Positions 26,584 to 39,544 of a DNA stretch of 64,000 bases are shown one piece after another. Source of the DNA: Octopus bimaculoides (Eukaryota). The notes below the pieces were generated by a model. It saw nothing but the letters and a program-made list of their open reading frames with translations, had not been told where the DNA came from and searched no databases. The DNA is taken from positions 3,133,109-3,197,108 of the forward strand of contig NC_069005.1 in the NCBI RefSeq assembly GCF_001194135.2, written 5' to 3'. Position 1 is the stretch's first letter; each line of letters starts with the position of its first letter. The position numbers were made by a program, and so were the translations under genes.

Positions 26584-26791
26584 GCTGCTGCTGCTGCTGC
26601 TGCTGCTACAACTACTACTATGCTACTATTACTACTACTTCTACTACACCTGCCCCCACTTCAACTTTGCTGTGTCTCGTCCTCCGCGACTCCGCACCGA
26701 ATACCTTGCCTAATCAGTGTTATTCAAATACAAATATTTTCAGAGAAAGATAGACATACAGACAGAGAAACAGACAGACAAAAAGACAGAC

Positions 26792-26854
<63 letters not shown>

Positions 26855-27494
26855 AACATAGATGCATAGATACATAGATAACGGGACAAGTAGAGAAGAA
26901 AGAGAGAAAAAGGAGAGAGATGGAAAGAGAGAGTGACGGAGTGAGAGGAGTTATTAAAACAACGATGAAAAGGAGAGAAATGTTTTGATGGTGTGCTGCT
27001 GCTGCTGCTGTTGATGATGATGATGATGATGATGATAACTTATAATGTTTGTGGTCTGAGATCATCAAATAAATCAATTTTGTGTATTGAATGTATCGAT
27101 TTGATGAAACATCGATTAACCACACCAACGTAAAGATGGCGCGTGTTTATATTGTATTGATAGAAATTAGTGAAACACNNNNNNNNNNNNNNNNNNNNNN
27201 NNNNNNNNNNNNNNNNNNNNNNNNNNNNNNNNNNNNNNNNNNNNNNNNNNNNNNNNNNNNNNNNNNNNNNNNNNNNNNNNNNNNNNNNNNNNNNNNNNNN
27301 NNNNNNNNNNNNNNNNNNNNNNNNNNNNNNNNNNNNNNNNNNNNNNNNNNNNNNNNNNNNNNNNNNNNNNNNNNNNNNNNNNNNNNNNNNNNNNNNNNNN
27401 NNNNNNNNNNNNNNNNNNNNNNNNNNNNNNNNNNNNNNNNNNNNNNNNNNNNNNNNNNNNNNNNNNNNNNNNNNNNNNNNNNNNNNNNNNNNNN

Positions 27495-27536
<42 letters not shown>

Positions 27537-27842
27537 TATAAGCATACGTTTCTAAACACTCGTACTTATATACATGTAGATATAAACACAAACAAACGAT
27601 CGCACACACATATATACAGATATATATGCATACCAACACAAACATATTGATGCTGGCATGTACATATTAACATGCACGTACACACACATATATACACACA
27701 CACAGACATACACACACACACGCACACAAAGAAATATCGTTGTATATCCGTACATACAAGTAGAGACATATAAAGACACACGCTTCAAGTAAGTAATCAT
27801 ACACACACAAATGTTTCTGTACGTTTAGACAGAGAAGAGTGG

Positions 27843-28112
27843 TCCTCCGTCGTTTACGACGATATGTGATCTAGTTCATCCAATCAGCGGAACCGCCAGC
27901 TCACGAAATGAGCATGGAAGACGCAAATCACGCTGTAGTCATGCGTACTCTTAACGTTGCTCTGAGGGGGGTTCAGCGTGACCGAGTATGTGACATGATT
28001 GGTCATTTGAAATTCCGGCACGACGCATACTTGCCGGGGGAGTAGGCAGGAGCAACGAGAAATAAAGTGTCTTGCTCAAGGACGACACGCCTAACCATTA
28101 AGCCAGGCGCCT
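27843..28112 (-). mobile_element. Degraded SINE family C copy
   Basis: CTCCGTCGTTTACGACGA...TTCAGCGTGAC...GAGAAATAAAGTGTCTTGCTCAAGGAC...AACCATTAAGCCAGGCGCCT. Confidence 0.7.
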
Positions 28113-28272
28113 AAGGCAGATATATACATAAAACATTCACACATGCATACATACAAACATACATACATATATGCATACATATATGCATGCATATATACAT
28201 ACATGCATACATACAGATTACAAGTTTAGTTTTATACCGGTAATGATTGGGGCAGTGGAATATGTAGCACAT

Positions 28273-28465
28273 TGCCTTAATCCCAATCTTAGGGATTTAG
28301 GCTTCTCAAAACCAGAAAGGAGAAAGCTGATTCGAAAACTACAAAGCTAAGCCATCACTGGAACTGTAAAAATCTGTAAAACTTTCCAGAAATTTGTTAC
28401 TTAAGTATATATGAGCATGTTTACATATGCAATTATATGCATTGAGAATGCATACATAAGAGAAA
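28273..28465 (-). repeat. Copy 1 of a duplicated, non-SINE module of about 200 bp (other copy at 34176-34375)
   Basis: Ungapped 92-nt core (from about 28298 versus from 34199) with 14 mismatches by hand alignment, about 85% identity. Confidence 0.9.
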
Positions 28466-29704
28466 ACATGCAAAACTGGCGTACACGTAGACATAAAAGT
28501 AAGGAGATGACCATCACCAACTAAAACAAATAACAAGGAACTAATAACAACAACAATAACGTATGTGCAAGCGCCAAGCACAACGCCACCATCATCACCG
28601 CACCGCCATATGTGTGTGTGCATGTATATATATATATATNNNNNNNNNNNNNNNNNNNNNNNNNNNNNNNNNNNNNNNNNNNNNNNNNNNNNNNNNNNNN
28701 NNNNNNNNNNNNNNNNNNNNNNNNNNNNNNNNNNNNNNNNNNNNNNNNNNNNNNNNNNNNNNNNNNNNNNNNNNNNNNNNNNNNNNNNNNNNNNNNNNNN
28801 NNNNNNNNNNNNNNNNNNNNNNNNNNNNNNNNNNNNNNNNNNNNNNNNNNNNNNNNNNNNNNNNATATATATATATGCATATATACACGGACATATATGG
28901 ATGTTTAATTTTAATTCCGGTTGTAATAACACGGATGGCTACAAGTGGAAACCTTGCTCGTAGACCGGCTGAACCTGGGTTAGCTTCACAACGCCAAAAA
29001 CAAAAAAACAAATAATGACAATACAAAAGTAAGAGGGACAGTAATCGTTTTGCAATATGTCTGCAACAAATGAGAATTCTCTACAAAGGCCACAAAACAA
29101 GGCAATTCCTACCATTATAGACCACACACTGCTTACAAAGAAGGAAAACGAAAACCATTGGAAGAAGTAATGGAGTTATTGTATAGCAATCGTTATCTCC
29201 TACACTCCTCCCCATACCATGAAAGATAAACAAACACAATGACACTTAGTCAAACTGATATCATGTATTCTAAAATACTGCAGTGATCCCATCCTGGGGA
29301 CATGAGCTCTTTACTCTGTTATGGTGATTAGTGAGAAAAACTAAACCGGAGAGGACACGTTCATAAAATGTGGCCGCAATTGATTCATCTAATTGAAGAA
29401 ACGTACACGCACGTGGAACCGAAAAAATGTAAGCCTAAAAACTTAACGAACTTCTTCCTTTTTTTCCGTTTTCCTTTTTCTTTTTCTTTTCTTTTTTTCT
29501 CCTATCTATGTTCCTCAGATAAACTCTAAATCATTCTGACGATGTTTGTTAGATGGAACGACATAAATGAAAATTTACTTCGAAATGACAAACTGAAACA
29601 GCTGTAAATGTTCTTGAACTACAATTAAATTATGACATTCTAAAACCAATGATCAACTTCTGACTGTTAATTGTTGCTCCATTTCGTTTCTTATCTTATA
29701 CACA

Positions 29705-29749
<45 letters not shown>

Positions 29750-29752
29750 ACT

Positions 29753-29793
<41 letters not shown>

Positions 29794-30127
29794 GTGTGTA
29801 TATAACATGAAATAAATGTATTATAAATGCATAAACGAAAAACGGACACAATGGCAAGTTAAAAAAACGAATAGTAAATGCACAGGCGATCGAAAAATCC
29901 GATATCAAGTGAACAAACGGAGAGAAAACAAACAAGGAAAGTTCCAAATAGCGCGTGAAATTCTGTAATACCATGTGATTAATAACTGATGAGTAATTTG
30001 GGCCGTTCTGTGTCTGTTTTCTGCCTGTTTGGGCAATGAACACACGTTTTTTCGTTCATCTGCACATTTATTATAACTTGCTTTCATTATCTTGTTTTCA
30101 TTACCTAATTATATCTCATTCTTGTTA

Positions 30128-30243
30128 TTAAAAGTATTGTGCTTGATGTGAGAGTATAATGGATTTTCTAGCATAGCGTGTGACCTCATAGAGATCTCCT
30201 TCCTGTATATTGTCAACATATGTGCTCTCCTTATCAGGGTAAA
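30128..30243 (-). CDS. Candidate terminal coding exon, phase 1, (V)YPDKESTYVDNIQEGDLYEVTRYARKSIILSHQAQYF*; product unknown
   Basis: Minus strand reads TTCTAATTGACGTACGTTTCACAG|TT TAC CCT..., with a branch-like CTAAT about 20 nt upstream of the acceptor. The frame is open to TAA at 30130-30128, with AATAAA at 30072-30067. I recognise no homology. Confidence 0.25.
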
Positions 30244-33078
30244 CTGTGAAACGTACGTCAATTAGAATGAGATTTAAAACTCTTTGTGGAGATGCTGCTG
30301 GACTACTGAAGCTACATTTCTGGAAAATTCTGGTAAATATTGTATAGCAGATTGCATAGCAGATGAAGTGATGCAATACAACGTTATCCTGATCCCAGAC
30401 ACTCATCAGTGAGCCATCTACAATATTTGATTTCTATGTCATTTCGAATGTCCTTTAAAACACTTCCTGAAAGGCTGTCGAACTACTAAACTACTGTACC
30501 GAAATTTCCAGAGAGTTCCCTCACGGTGTCTTTAAGTGAAATAACCAGACGTAGAATTATTCTGCTTTACGATATAGATCAATTAAAGTTATGCAATAGT
30601 AGATAAGAAATAATACATTTCCTGGAAGTGTTGCTTAGCAGTCACAGATTGCCTTCCAGAAAAGTCTACTGTGTTGTCTCTGGCAGACGGGCAAATTGAA
30701 GTAATAGAAACTCTAAATGTTTAAAAACTTTATTTTTTAGTTTAGTGTTATGCTGGCCAAACTTAGATGTATGTTTTTTCCGTTACTGATTGATTTTCAT
30801 TCAGTTCTCTCATTTACCTACCTCCAACAGATGTATCATTTACCTTAATGTATTTTCTTATTATTACGGATGTAACTTAACTATAAGTTCTTCATGCGGA
30901 AGGGATCCCTAGGAAACTTTCCAATATCATTAAATTACAATGTATTTTCATTAAATAAAAAAAATAATAAATAATAATAACAAAAACAAAAAAAAACATA
31001 CAGAAACAGAAAATAATTACAAAATAAAATAATAAAAATGTAAATCTCAACTTGTACACTAGACTATTTACGCGTAACTTATGCAGAAAAGTGCAATATT
31101 TAATACCACACCCTCTTCCTTCCCCTCCACAACGGTATGGACTGATGTAACATTGTAGAATTAAATGTCCTACGCATAATTATAGTGAAGCGCTCTCGGG
31201 TCGATAAAATCAGTATCAGAGATGTAATGGAATCGAATCAAACAAATATACCCAACTAGACATACATATTTGGTTCGGTGCCAAAGTGAGAGTCCATTAT
31301 TCTGATATCAAAGTTGGGCAGAAGGCCAATTACTCGATGGAACTAACCAAAAAAGACAGACGATTAAATCGACCGGGCGTATTACTGGTCGACTAAAATA
31401 TTTGTACGTCTCCAAAGTTCTGAAAGTCAACTTTTGAAAGTTTTTGAACTCAGCGAAGAGAGCACATGTCAAATGCAATTATCTGCACAAATATAGGAGC
31501 GACCGTGTAGTCATTTGACCTGGTAGGGAAAAAAAAACAGAAAAACAAATAACAGTGAAATATTACTCAAAATACATTCAAGCGACGACACAGGATTATT
31601 TACAAATGCGTACAACGGAGAATGGTAAAGATAAATTATATTTACGTCTCCGAAAGTTCTGGAAGTCGACTTTGGAAAGTGTTTGAAATGAGTGAGGAGA
31701 AAAAGTCCGAGAGATGAAGGTGGAGGGGGGGGGGAGAAATATATATAGAGAGAGAGGGGGGAAGAAAGATAGAGAGAGAGAGATAAAGATAAAGAGGGAT
31801 GAGAGAGAGATAGAAATATGTACATAGAGAAAGGAGGGCGAGAGAAAAGAGAGCATGTCGATCTCAGTTATTTGGGCAAATATAGGAGTCTCAACATGGT
31901 CGATTCAACTACTAGAAATAGCAGCAAGATATCAGTCAATCTAAAGATCATTTACTATGGAGTGCACCAGAGTTGGAGCAACGGAGGCATTCCGTTATGG
32001 CTACATATTTGGAACATTCTGAAAAAAAAAAAAATTACAGCATTTGAAGGAAAAGATCACTAACCACTTTAATTCTGTTGATGTTCTTATCGCATTTTCC
32101 AACATATTAGTCGACATAGTAAATATTGCAAACATGCAGAGTAAGCATTTAAACATCGTGCTAACTTTTCAAATCAAACTGCATTTCACAAGGAATTTTT
32201 AGTCATCCAGTGCTGTCTTGGTGTATAAATCGACCTAATTATTTTTGGCTGTAAGTTTTTGTCTACAAAATTCGATTTGTATGCCGGAAAATACGGTATA
32301 TTTCAGGCCTTTGATAACAGGAGGCCTGAGACTTCCGCTGGTTTTATTATAAAAACGTTCCATTTTAAAGTGATATTATTTATCACTTTCCGTAGAACCT
32401 TCCCGTTAATCTTTGAAACACCAGATTTATTTTACCAAATTCTTTATTATTTCAACATATTTATTGTAAGAAATATATTCATAAAACTCAACTTGTTAAA
32501 TAATTTTGAATTCTCAAAACAGCTATTCATATTTCTTTATCAAAACTTAAAGCCTCATCACAAATTACGACGCGCCGATTGAGTACGTAAATTATGCTAA
32601 TCGAATACACATACATTTTTACGTTAATCTTCAACAAATTATTTTTATGTCAGCAAAGTTATGTAACTTATATGATACAACTACTGTATTGCCATCGTGG
32701 AAAGCGACGGAGGATGTACATCAATTTCATAAATAATTAATACAGTTTTTTTTTTTTGCGTTTGTAATTCTAGGGGAGAAATGGGAGATTTATAATAACT
32801 TTCATGTTTCTTTTAATAAGATTAACTCCATCAGTGGAGTGAACTTTTATCGACCTCAAATCGAAACCACGTCGCACTCTAAACCACACTGGAATAAGTA
32901 ACTTGTTCTTGCTGGTGTTGCTGTTATTGTTGTTGCTCCTGTTGTTGTTCTTCTTCTCTCTCTCTCTCACACACACAAAACACATATATACACATGCATA
33001 CATGTTTGTCCATCTATCTATATTTATATTGATGACTGACGACCTGCGACCAAAGGAAAATACTAACAATAACAACAG

Positions 33079-33145
<67 letters not shown>

Positions 33146-33627
33146 AGCTGCTGCTGTTGCATTTCCTTTTGTACGGAGCCATGGCTTTCCATTATTTTGG
33201 AATACAAAGACGTCTTATGAAATATTTCGATTTTATTAATGTTGCCATTGTGAATGATAATCATGGCAGCGATGTTATTATTGATGATGATGATGATGAT
33301 GCTGAACCCCCGGATTAGCTCTCATCAATTATACACAAGGTTTATTAGTTAAAAGCGTTCTGGCCATGACCTCCACACTTATTTTAAGTGCAAATTTTCC
33401 GCACAATCAGATTATACAAACGGTTCTTAATTCTCTTCAAAACAAGTTGGCTTTGACGGGACGTTCTATTTTTGTCTGTCTTAATTATGCTTGGGGATTT
33501 AAGTTTCAGATTACGGCACAAATTTCGAGGAAGAGAAAGTCGATTACATCGACCCTAGTACGCAACTGGTACTTAATTTATCGACACTAAAATACTTAGC
33601 TATATTGAGGAAACTAAGGGGATGGCG

Positions 33628-33810
33628 AGTGGACGGCGTAGCGTAATGGTCATTGTGTTGCACACATGATCGTAAGATTGTGTTCTCTAATCTTGGATCA
33701 GCCGATGCGTTGTGTTCTTGAGCAAAACATATTCATTTCATACTGTTCTACTTCACTCAGCTGGCAAAAATGTATAATCATGCAACGGGCCAGCGTTCAC
33801 ACTCCCTCCA
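33628..33810 (+). mobile_element. SINE family C-related copy (V-domain-like body)
   Basis: GTGGACGGCGTAGCGTAATGG...GATCGTAAGATTGTG...GCGTTGTGTTCTTGAGCAAAACA...CACTCAGCTGGCAAAAATG. Confidence 0.65.
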
Positions 33811-34175
33811 GCGGATAGAAGATATTCGGCACTAAATCCAGAAAATCGGACTTGTTAGTCGCTGGATCGAGAAGGTCCTTTCACTCCAGCTCACCACCAC
33901 CACCAGAACCACCACCACCACCACCACCACCACCANNNNNNNNNNNNNNNNNNNNNNNNNNNNNNNNNNNNNNNNNNNNNNNNNNNNNNNNNNNNNNNNN
34001 NNNNNNNNNNNNNNNNNNNNNNNNNNNNNNNNNNNNNNNNNNNNNNNNNNNNNNNNNNNNNNNNNNNNNNNNNNNNNNNNNNNNNNNNNNNNNNNNNNNN
34101 NNNNNNNNNNNNNNNNNNNNNNNNNNNNNNNNNNNNNNNNNNNNNNNNNNNNNNNNNNNATAATGACATACATGC

Positions 34176-34375
34176 TGCCTAAATGGAATCTTAAGAAATT
34201 AGGCTCCTCAAATCCGGAAAGGAGAAAGCTGATTTGTAGACTACAGATCCGATCCATCACCGGAACAGTAAAAATCTGTGAAACTTTCCACAAGTTTAGC
34301 ATTTAAATATATATGAGCATATATGCATATATGCAACTATACGCATGAGAAGACATACATAAAACAAAGCATACA
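34176..34375 (-). repeat. Copy 2 of the duplicated module of about 200 bp
   Basis: As for copy 1. Its lower-coordinate side abuts the N-gap that ends at 34159. Confidence 0.9.
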
Positions 34376-35714
34376 CATCTGCACATACACATGCATACAT
34401 ACATGCATACATGCATACATACATACATACATACATACATACATGCATACATACCCTGTAGTTGATGTTGAAATTTGAATGAAGGTGACTTGGGTCTAGG
34501 TTAGAAACCGGCTCTTTCTCTATTGGCAAGAAATTTTGAAATTGAACGACGACATAAATCTATACGTGCGTGTGCAAGTGTTTTCAAGTGTCTGTGTGTG
34601 TGTGTGTGTGTACGTGTGTGTGTGTTTGTGTGTGCGTGTTCACAAATGGACAAACAACATTCATAGTTTGAGATAAACATATGTATTGAGAACCACACAC
34701 ACATACGCGCACGTATGCACACACAGATACACACATACGCACACACGCAAACACACACAGACATATATACAAACCCAAAATCACAGACAGGCACACATAA
34801 CAAATATACAATTATTAACTTTAGAATTATGCCATAATCACAAGTATGGAATTTCATCGTCGCTCATATATAGGTCACACACATACAAACACACACGCAT
34901 ACACACATACACACACACACACACACACAAACACACGCATATCTAGATACTTGCATAGGCAAGCATTGATTATATGAGATAAACATGTTTATATTGCCAG
35001 TTATATATACACACAAATTTAAAACATTAAAGTTATGGTGCAAAAACAAATACATACATTCATACCATCACACACACACACATACACACACACACGAACA
35101 CACACACACACACACACATGTACACATACACGCACATAAACACTCTCACACACACACACATATACACATACACGCACATAAACACTCTCACACACACACA
35201 ATCACACTAAAATGAACGGCCATGCACCCGCTTACAATTACACACACGGACACATGAACACGCACACAAAAAGAAATACGAGAGGATGAATACACACATT
35301 TACGCGCACGAATAGAAATCCAGGCTCAACAAGTAGCAACAGCAACAACAACAACAACAAAAACACACAGACACACACGCTCACATACAAGGATACGTGC
35401 TTATACACATGCAGGCATTTCATGTTTCACTGACGTTGACAAACATTCTCCATCTATCTGCTAGTCTGTCTGTCTGTCTGTCTGTCTGCCTGCCTGCCTG
35501 TCTCTTTTTTCTTTATTTCCCACTCTCTATTCTCCCATTCTCTCTCTCTCTCTGTCTCTGTCTCTCTCTCTCTCTCTGCCCGGCACAAAATCACGAATGA
35601 AAACACACGACCAACAAGGGAGAAACACATACACACACGTACAAACAAAAGTAAACACACATAGGCACAGAGAGACACGCATACACATATATACACAACC
35701 ACTCACCTCAACTG

Positions 35715-35772
<58 letters not shown>

Positions 35773-35924
35773 ACACACACACGCACAGAGGCACCCACAA
35801 ACAAACACACACATACAGAAACACACACACACACACACACACACGTACAGAAGTGCACACAAACACATACATACAAACATGCACACATTTACTGACAAGT
35901 ATGTCACACGTGGTACACAAACGA

Positions 35925-36113
35925 GAACACCGGGTGAAATGCTTAGCGGTATTTCGTATGTCTTTATGTTCTGAGTTCAAATTCTGCCGAGGTCCCCTTT
36001 GCTTTTCACCCTTTCGGGGTCGATAAATTAAGTACCAGTTTCCAACTAGGGTCGATCTAATCGACTGGCCCCGTTCCCTCAAAATTTCGGACATTGTGCC
36101 TAGAGTAGTAAAG
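35925..36113 (+). mobile_element. SINE family B, sense orientation
   Basis: CCGGGTGAAATGCTTAGCGGTATTTCG...CTGAGTTCAAATTCTGCCGAGGTC...CCTTTCGGGGTCGATAAATTAAGTACCAG...GGGTCGATCTAATCGACTGGCCCC...TTGTGCCTAGAGTAG. Confidence 0.9.
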
Positions 36114-36151
36114 TATACAAAAACAAGCTCTCTCTCGCATACAAATACAGG

Positions 36152-36228
<77 letters not shown>

Positions 36229-36824
36229 ACAGACACCCAAACACGCACATATAAGCACAGGTGTGTGGAAATACACTGACAATGTGTCACACATACGAGC
36301 GATCTCTCTCGCGCACACACAAACACACACAAAAATACCCACAGATATGCACACACACACGCAGATAGATACACGCACATACATATACAGACACAGACAT
36401 ACACACACACTGAAACACAGGCACACACACACACAGACGCGCACATACACATACACAGAAACACACACGCACAAACATACACTTACAGAAAGAGAGAGGG
36501 AGGCACACATACAGACACACGCAGGCAGACACACACACACACGAACAGACACACACCCACGCACACACACAAACACGCACACGCACACACAAACATACAC
36601 TTCAAGAAAGAGAGACACACGTAAAGACACACGCACGCAGACACACACATGCACACACGCATACACACAAACTTATACTTACAGAAAGAGAGAAACACAC
36701 ATAGACAGACACATGCTCGCGCACACACACACATAAATTTATACTTACAGAAAGTAGAATCATATAGACAGACACGCATACACACATACACACTGATACA
36801 CACACACACGCACACTCACACGCG

Positions 36825-36858
<34 letters not shown>

Positions 36859-37229
36859 GCACACGTACAGTTTGATTCTAACCAGTCTGTGTGTTAAGTA
36901 GATATGTCGAGTGGCAAAAGTATTAAATTCAATAAAAATATATAAAAAAAGGCCTAAATAAATAACAAAAAATAATATAAATAAAAAGATCTAGAACATT
37001 CCCATTTAAGTAAGAGCCTAGCTTCAAAGTAGGAGTCTATGGAAAGTGGGTAGGGGTCAGATGGGTACTTGGTCTATTTTAGATGTGGGAACCATTACAA
37101 GCGGGTTCACATGATCCCAAACCTCCCTCTAATGCTTTTAGCATATACGAGAGAGATTTGGTTAATCCAGTTGCAGCAACCACCTGTACTACCACCAACG
37201 CCATCGTTGGCTTCTATCAACACTGCCAC

Positions 37230-38270
37230 CACCATCACCATCATCACCATCATCACCATCATCATCATTATCATCCTAATCATCATCCTCATCGTCATCA
37301 TCATCCTCATCGTCATCATCATCATCATCGTCATCATCATCATCATCATTACCAACATCACCATCATCAATATTCTTATCATCATTATCATCACCATCAT
37401 CATCAATATTCTCATCGTCATCATCGTCATCATCATCACCATCATCATCGTCATCATCATCCTAATCGTCATCCTCATCGTCATCGTCATCGTCATCATC
37501 ATCATCATCTTCACCTTAATCGTCACCATCGTCTCCACCGCCATCATCATCGCCTCTATTATTACCAACAACACTATGCCCCACGATATCACAACGACCT
37601 CCACCACCAACACCACTACCTCCACCACTATCACAAATATCTCCATCACCGATACCATTACCACAGCCGCCGCCGCCGACGCCGCCGCCACCGCCGCCGC
37701 CACCACCGACGCCACCACCGCCGCCACCACAACTATTGACGCCACAACTATTGACGCCACCACCAACATAACCACCACTAATTCTAATAACAAGAGCAAC
37801 AAGTTCATCATCACAACTACTATCACCACCACCATCACTACCACTACCTCCACCACTATCACTACCATCATCATCATCATCATCATCATCATCACCATCA
37901 CTACCTCTACCATTACCATACTATCGTCACCACCACTACCACCACCACCATTATCATCACCATTACTAGCCTTTCAAACATCACCTCACCACCTTCAGCA
38001 GCATCACCATATCATCACCACCGCCATAACCATCATCATCATCACCACCACCACAACCGCCTCCATAACCATCATCACCATCACCACCATAACACGTCAC
38101 CATCACCACCACCACAACCACTAACAATCATCATCTCTCCCATCTTCACAATCATTACTACCGCCATCAGCAGCACCGTCACCACCAACCCCCTACCACA
38201 ACCATCACCACGACCGCCACTGCCACCAACACCAGCACCATCATTACCACCAACACCACTACCATAATAC
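37230..38270. repeat. About 1-kb degenerate trinucleotide low-complexity tract (CAT/CGT, then GCC, then CAC/ACC)
   Basis: Direct reading. It gives long ORFs in several frames and on both strands (poly-His, poly-Ile/Thr, poly-Met/Val), as expected for a stop-poor simple repeat. Confidence 0.9.
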
Positions 38271-38779
38271 GACTTTCTTAACTAACTAGCGTATCGCCAA
38301 TGATTTTTTGAATTGGAAGAAATGGTAGCTAAGACACTCTCACACCTACCGCCTCAAGAGTAAAAAGGAGACGAAACGTCGGTGAATTTTTATCCTGTTT
38401 TCCCTTGACTTACAGCATGACGAAATGGTCACGGTAAGAATACCTCTGAGTATAAATCTCCTCGACCTGGGGCTAAACTAACAGCAAACAGCGACAACGG
38501 CTACAAAACACTCAATCTAAGGAAGGAAAGAAACCTGGGGAAGCCCACATTAAAAAAACACACGTACACAACACACACACACAAGGATACATTATTAAGT
38601 TAAGTTCAGAGATATTTTGTAGATTGTAGCGTAAAAAAAACACAGAAAAATATGTCTCTAATCATTTTGTTCGACGCATCAACTATTCTGTAAGGGTTCC
38701 GGTTCTATATGCAGCACAGAGCAACCGATTTAGCTTTGCAACAACAACAACTAAAAGTACTGAAAATGATTCCGGTGAT

Positions 38780-38805
38780 GATAAAAAGGATGATGATGAT
38801 GATGA

Positions 38806-38847
<42 letters not shown>

Positions 38848-38945
38848 TGATGACGACGACGACGATGATGATGATGACGATGATAATGGTGACGATGATG
38901 ATGTTGACGACGACGACGACGACGATGATGATGATGATGATGTTA
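38780..38945. repeat. (GAT)n/(GAC)n compound microsatellite
   Basis: Direct reading. Confidence 0.95.
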
Positions 38946-39544
38946 TCATTTCTAACTGGAGGTCATTATCCGTTATACGTATTTCCGCGTGTTACGTAAG
39001 TCTAGTCCAGTTGAGAGAGGGAGAATTGACTGCTATTTTTAGTATTTCAATGAACCATGTAAGTACACCTGATGCTGAGGATGTTAATAGCGATCATAAT
39101 GGTTTTTATTTATGCAATGGGAATATTCGGGGTGTGGGGAGGCGGCAGACATATTCTCCGAACAGGAAACGTTTGTATCTGGAGCTATATAGCATAATCG
39201 ATACCAATAAGTAAAATAAATAAATAAATAAGTGTATAAATGAAAGTAAAACAAAACCTATCGATCCTGAGGTTTGATTTGTTTTATTGACCGGATTGAA
39301 CGATCAAACGAAAAGTCCATCCCCTGTAGGATTTGAACGCAAAACCAGGGGGAAAAAAACTATACAGCGTTTGCCACTTAGCCTGGCACTCTACCGTCCC
39401 AGTCGACCGATTGCAGCACCAGCAACAGTAGTAGCAGTATTATTATTATTATTAGTAGTAGTAGAAGTAGTAGTAGTAGTAGCAGCAGCAGCGTCTCCTC
39501 ATCTAGTCCAATAGTACAAAGCGAAAAGTTAGATGGAAAGAACA

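Noticed and set aside
36470-36760. Repeat-spacer pattern superficially like a CRISPR array
   Set aside because: Eukaryotic context, microsatellite spacers of unequal length, short repeats and no cas genes.
37069-38124. 351-aa Ile/Thr-rich and 270-aa Met/Val-rich ORFs
   Set aside because: They are alternative frames of one trinucleotide low-complexity tract, with no domain-like sequence.
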